DNA of 64,000 nucleotides from Escherichia coli (GTDB lineage Bacteria; Pseudomonadota; Gammaproteobacteria; Enterobacterales; Enterobacteriaceae): NCBI RefSeq assembly GCF_045037415.1, contig NZ_CP173438.1; one strand, 5' to 3'. Shown piece by piece: positions 61,248 to 64,000 of this stretch (position 1 is its first letter; each line of letters starts with the position of its first letter). The notes under the pieces were generated by a model. It saw only the letters and a program-made list of their open reading frames with translations, ran no database searches and was not told where the DNA came from. The position numbers and the translations under genes were made by a program.

Positions 61248-61553
61248 TTACTTCACGTCCTGCGGGAAATGCTCTTTGATCACTTCCAGCAGTTTCGGGC
61301 CAAAATCAGCAGGAGAGAGCATGTTGCGCACGCCAACCACATATTTGTTGCCGGTCACGGTGATTTCGCCCGCAATATGGGTAGAAGCGATGATGATATC
61401 CGCGCCGCTCAACTCGCTTTTGTATTCGCCAACCGCGCAGCTGTTTACCGTGTGGTCAATGTTCGACTGGGTTAAAAACTGGTCCACTTTCATTTTCATG
61501 ATCATGGAACTGCCTTGTCCGTTACCACACACAGCCAGAATACGAACGGTCAT
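61248..61553 (-). CDS. ulaB: PTS ascorbate-specific EIIB
   Basis: ORF track frame 61248..61559; start at [19 protein letters not shown]; 101 aa. Confidence 0.93.
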
Positions 61554-61568
61554 AATCAAAACTCCTTA

Positions 61569-63320
<1,752 letters not shown>

Positions 63321-64000
63321 ATGAGTAAAGTGAAAAGTATCACCCGTGAGTCCTGGATCCTGAGCACTTTCCCGGAGTGGGGTAGCTGGCTGAATGAAGA
63401 AATTGAGCAAGAGCAGGTCGCACCAGGCACTTTCGCAATGTGGTGGCTCGGCTGTACCGGAATCTGGTTGAAATCAGAAGGCGGTGCCAACGTTTGTGTT
63501 GATTTTTGGTGCGGTACTGGCAAACAAAGCCACGGTAACCCGTTAATGAAACAGGGTCACCAGATGCAGCGCATGGCTGGCGTGAAAAAACTGCAGCCAA
63601 ACCTGCGCACCACCCCGTTTGTTCTTGATCCGTTTGCGATTCGCCAGATCGACGCGGTACTGGCGACTCACGATCACAACGATCATATCGACGTTAACGT
63701 CGCTGCTGCCGTGATGCAGAACTGTGCTGATGACGTACCGTTCATTGGACCGAAAACCTGCGTTGATTTGTGGATTGGCTGGGGCGTACCGAAAGAGCGT
63801 TGCATCGTCGTTAAACCGGGCGACGTAGTGAAGGTAAAAGACATTGAAATTCATGCACTTGATGCTTTCGACCGCACGGCACTGATCACGCTGCCAGCCG
63901 ATCAAAAAGCGGCTGGCGTACTGCCGGACGGCATGGACGATCGCGCGGTAAACTACCTGTTCAAAACGCCGGGCGGTTCCCTGTATCACAGCGGCGATTC
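63321..64000 (+). CDS. ulaG: L-ascorbate-6-phosphate lactonase (metallo-beta-lactamase fold), 3' end beyond window
   Basis: Frame from ATG 63321 ([23 protein letters not shown]...) open to window end; THDHNDH metal-binding motif. Confidence 0.9.
   Translation, partial: MSKVKSITRESWILSTFPEWGSWLNEEIEQEQVAPGTFAMWWLGCTGIWLKSEGGANVCVDFWCGTGKQSHGNPLMKQGHQMQRMAGVKKLQPNLRTTPFVLDPFAIRQIDAVLATHDHNDHIDVNVAAAVMQNCADDVPFIGPKTCVDLWIGWGVPKERCIVVKPGDVVKVKDIEIHALDAFDRTALITLPADQKAAGVLPDGMDDRAVNYLFKTPGGSLYHSGD

Overview
This window is Escherichia coli-type chromosome from the ~96-min region, in reverse orientation relative to the K-12 map, running from tabA/bdcR through pyrLBI-ridA, mgtA, treRBC, nrdDG, cybC, pmbA, yjgA, mpl, fbp, ytfQRT-yjfF, ppa, chpSB, ytfP, tamAB, msrA, ytfL-ytfB, the rpsF-priB-rpsR-rplI operon and ulaABCDEF to the start of ulaG. 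Gene identities rest on reading the translated ORFs and on protein lengths matching the E. coli proteins as I remember them; no database search was run. Almost all of it is ordinary core genome with REP clusters, attenuators and known operators. The exception is a ~10.5 kb accessory segment between ytfB and rplI (about 45.8-56.3 kb). It holds (i) a TetR-type regulator divergent from a tightly packed operon of SDR, TIM-barrel isomerase-like, enoyl-CoA hydratase, family-I CoA-transferase and large FAD flavoprotein genes plus an MFS transporter, and (ii) a three-gene module of HTH protein, HipA N-domain protein and HipA-like kinase core. The kinase module is the best candidate for an undescribed system: it looks like a split HipA toxin-antitoxin unit whose split point falls immediately before the Gly-rich loop, which differs from the HipBST arrangement as I recall it. 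A second oddity is chpS, whose Shine-Dalgarno-linked ATG is out of frame with the antitoxin body. No rRNA, tRNA, CRISPR array, integrase or transposase was recognised. Coordinates of non-coding motifs were indexed by hand and may be off by a few bases.
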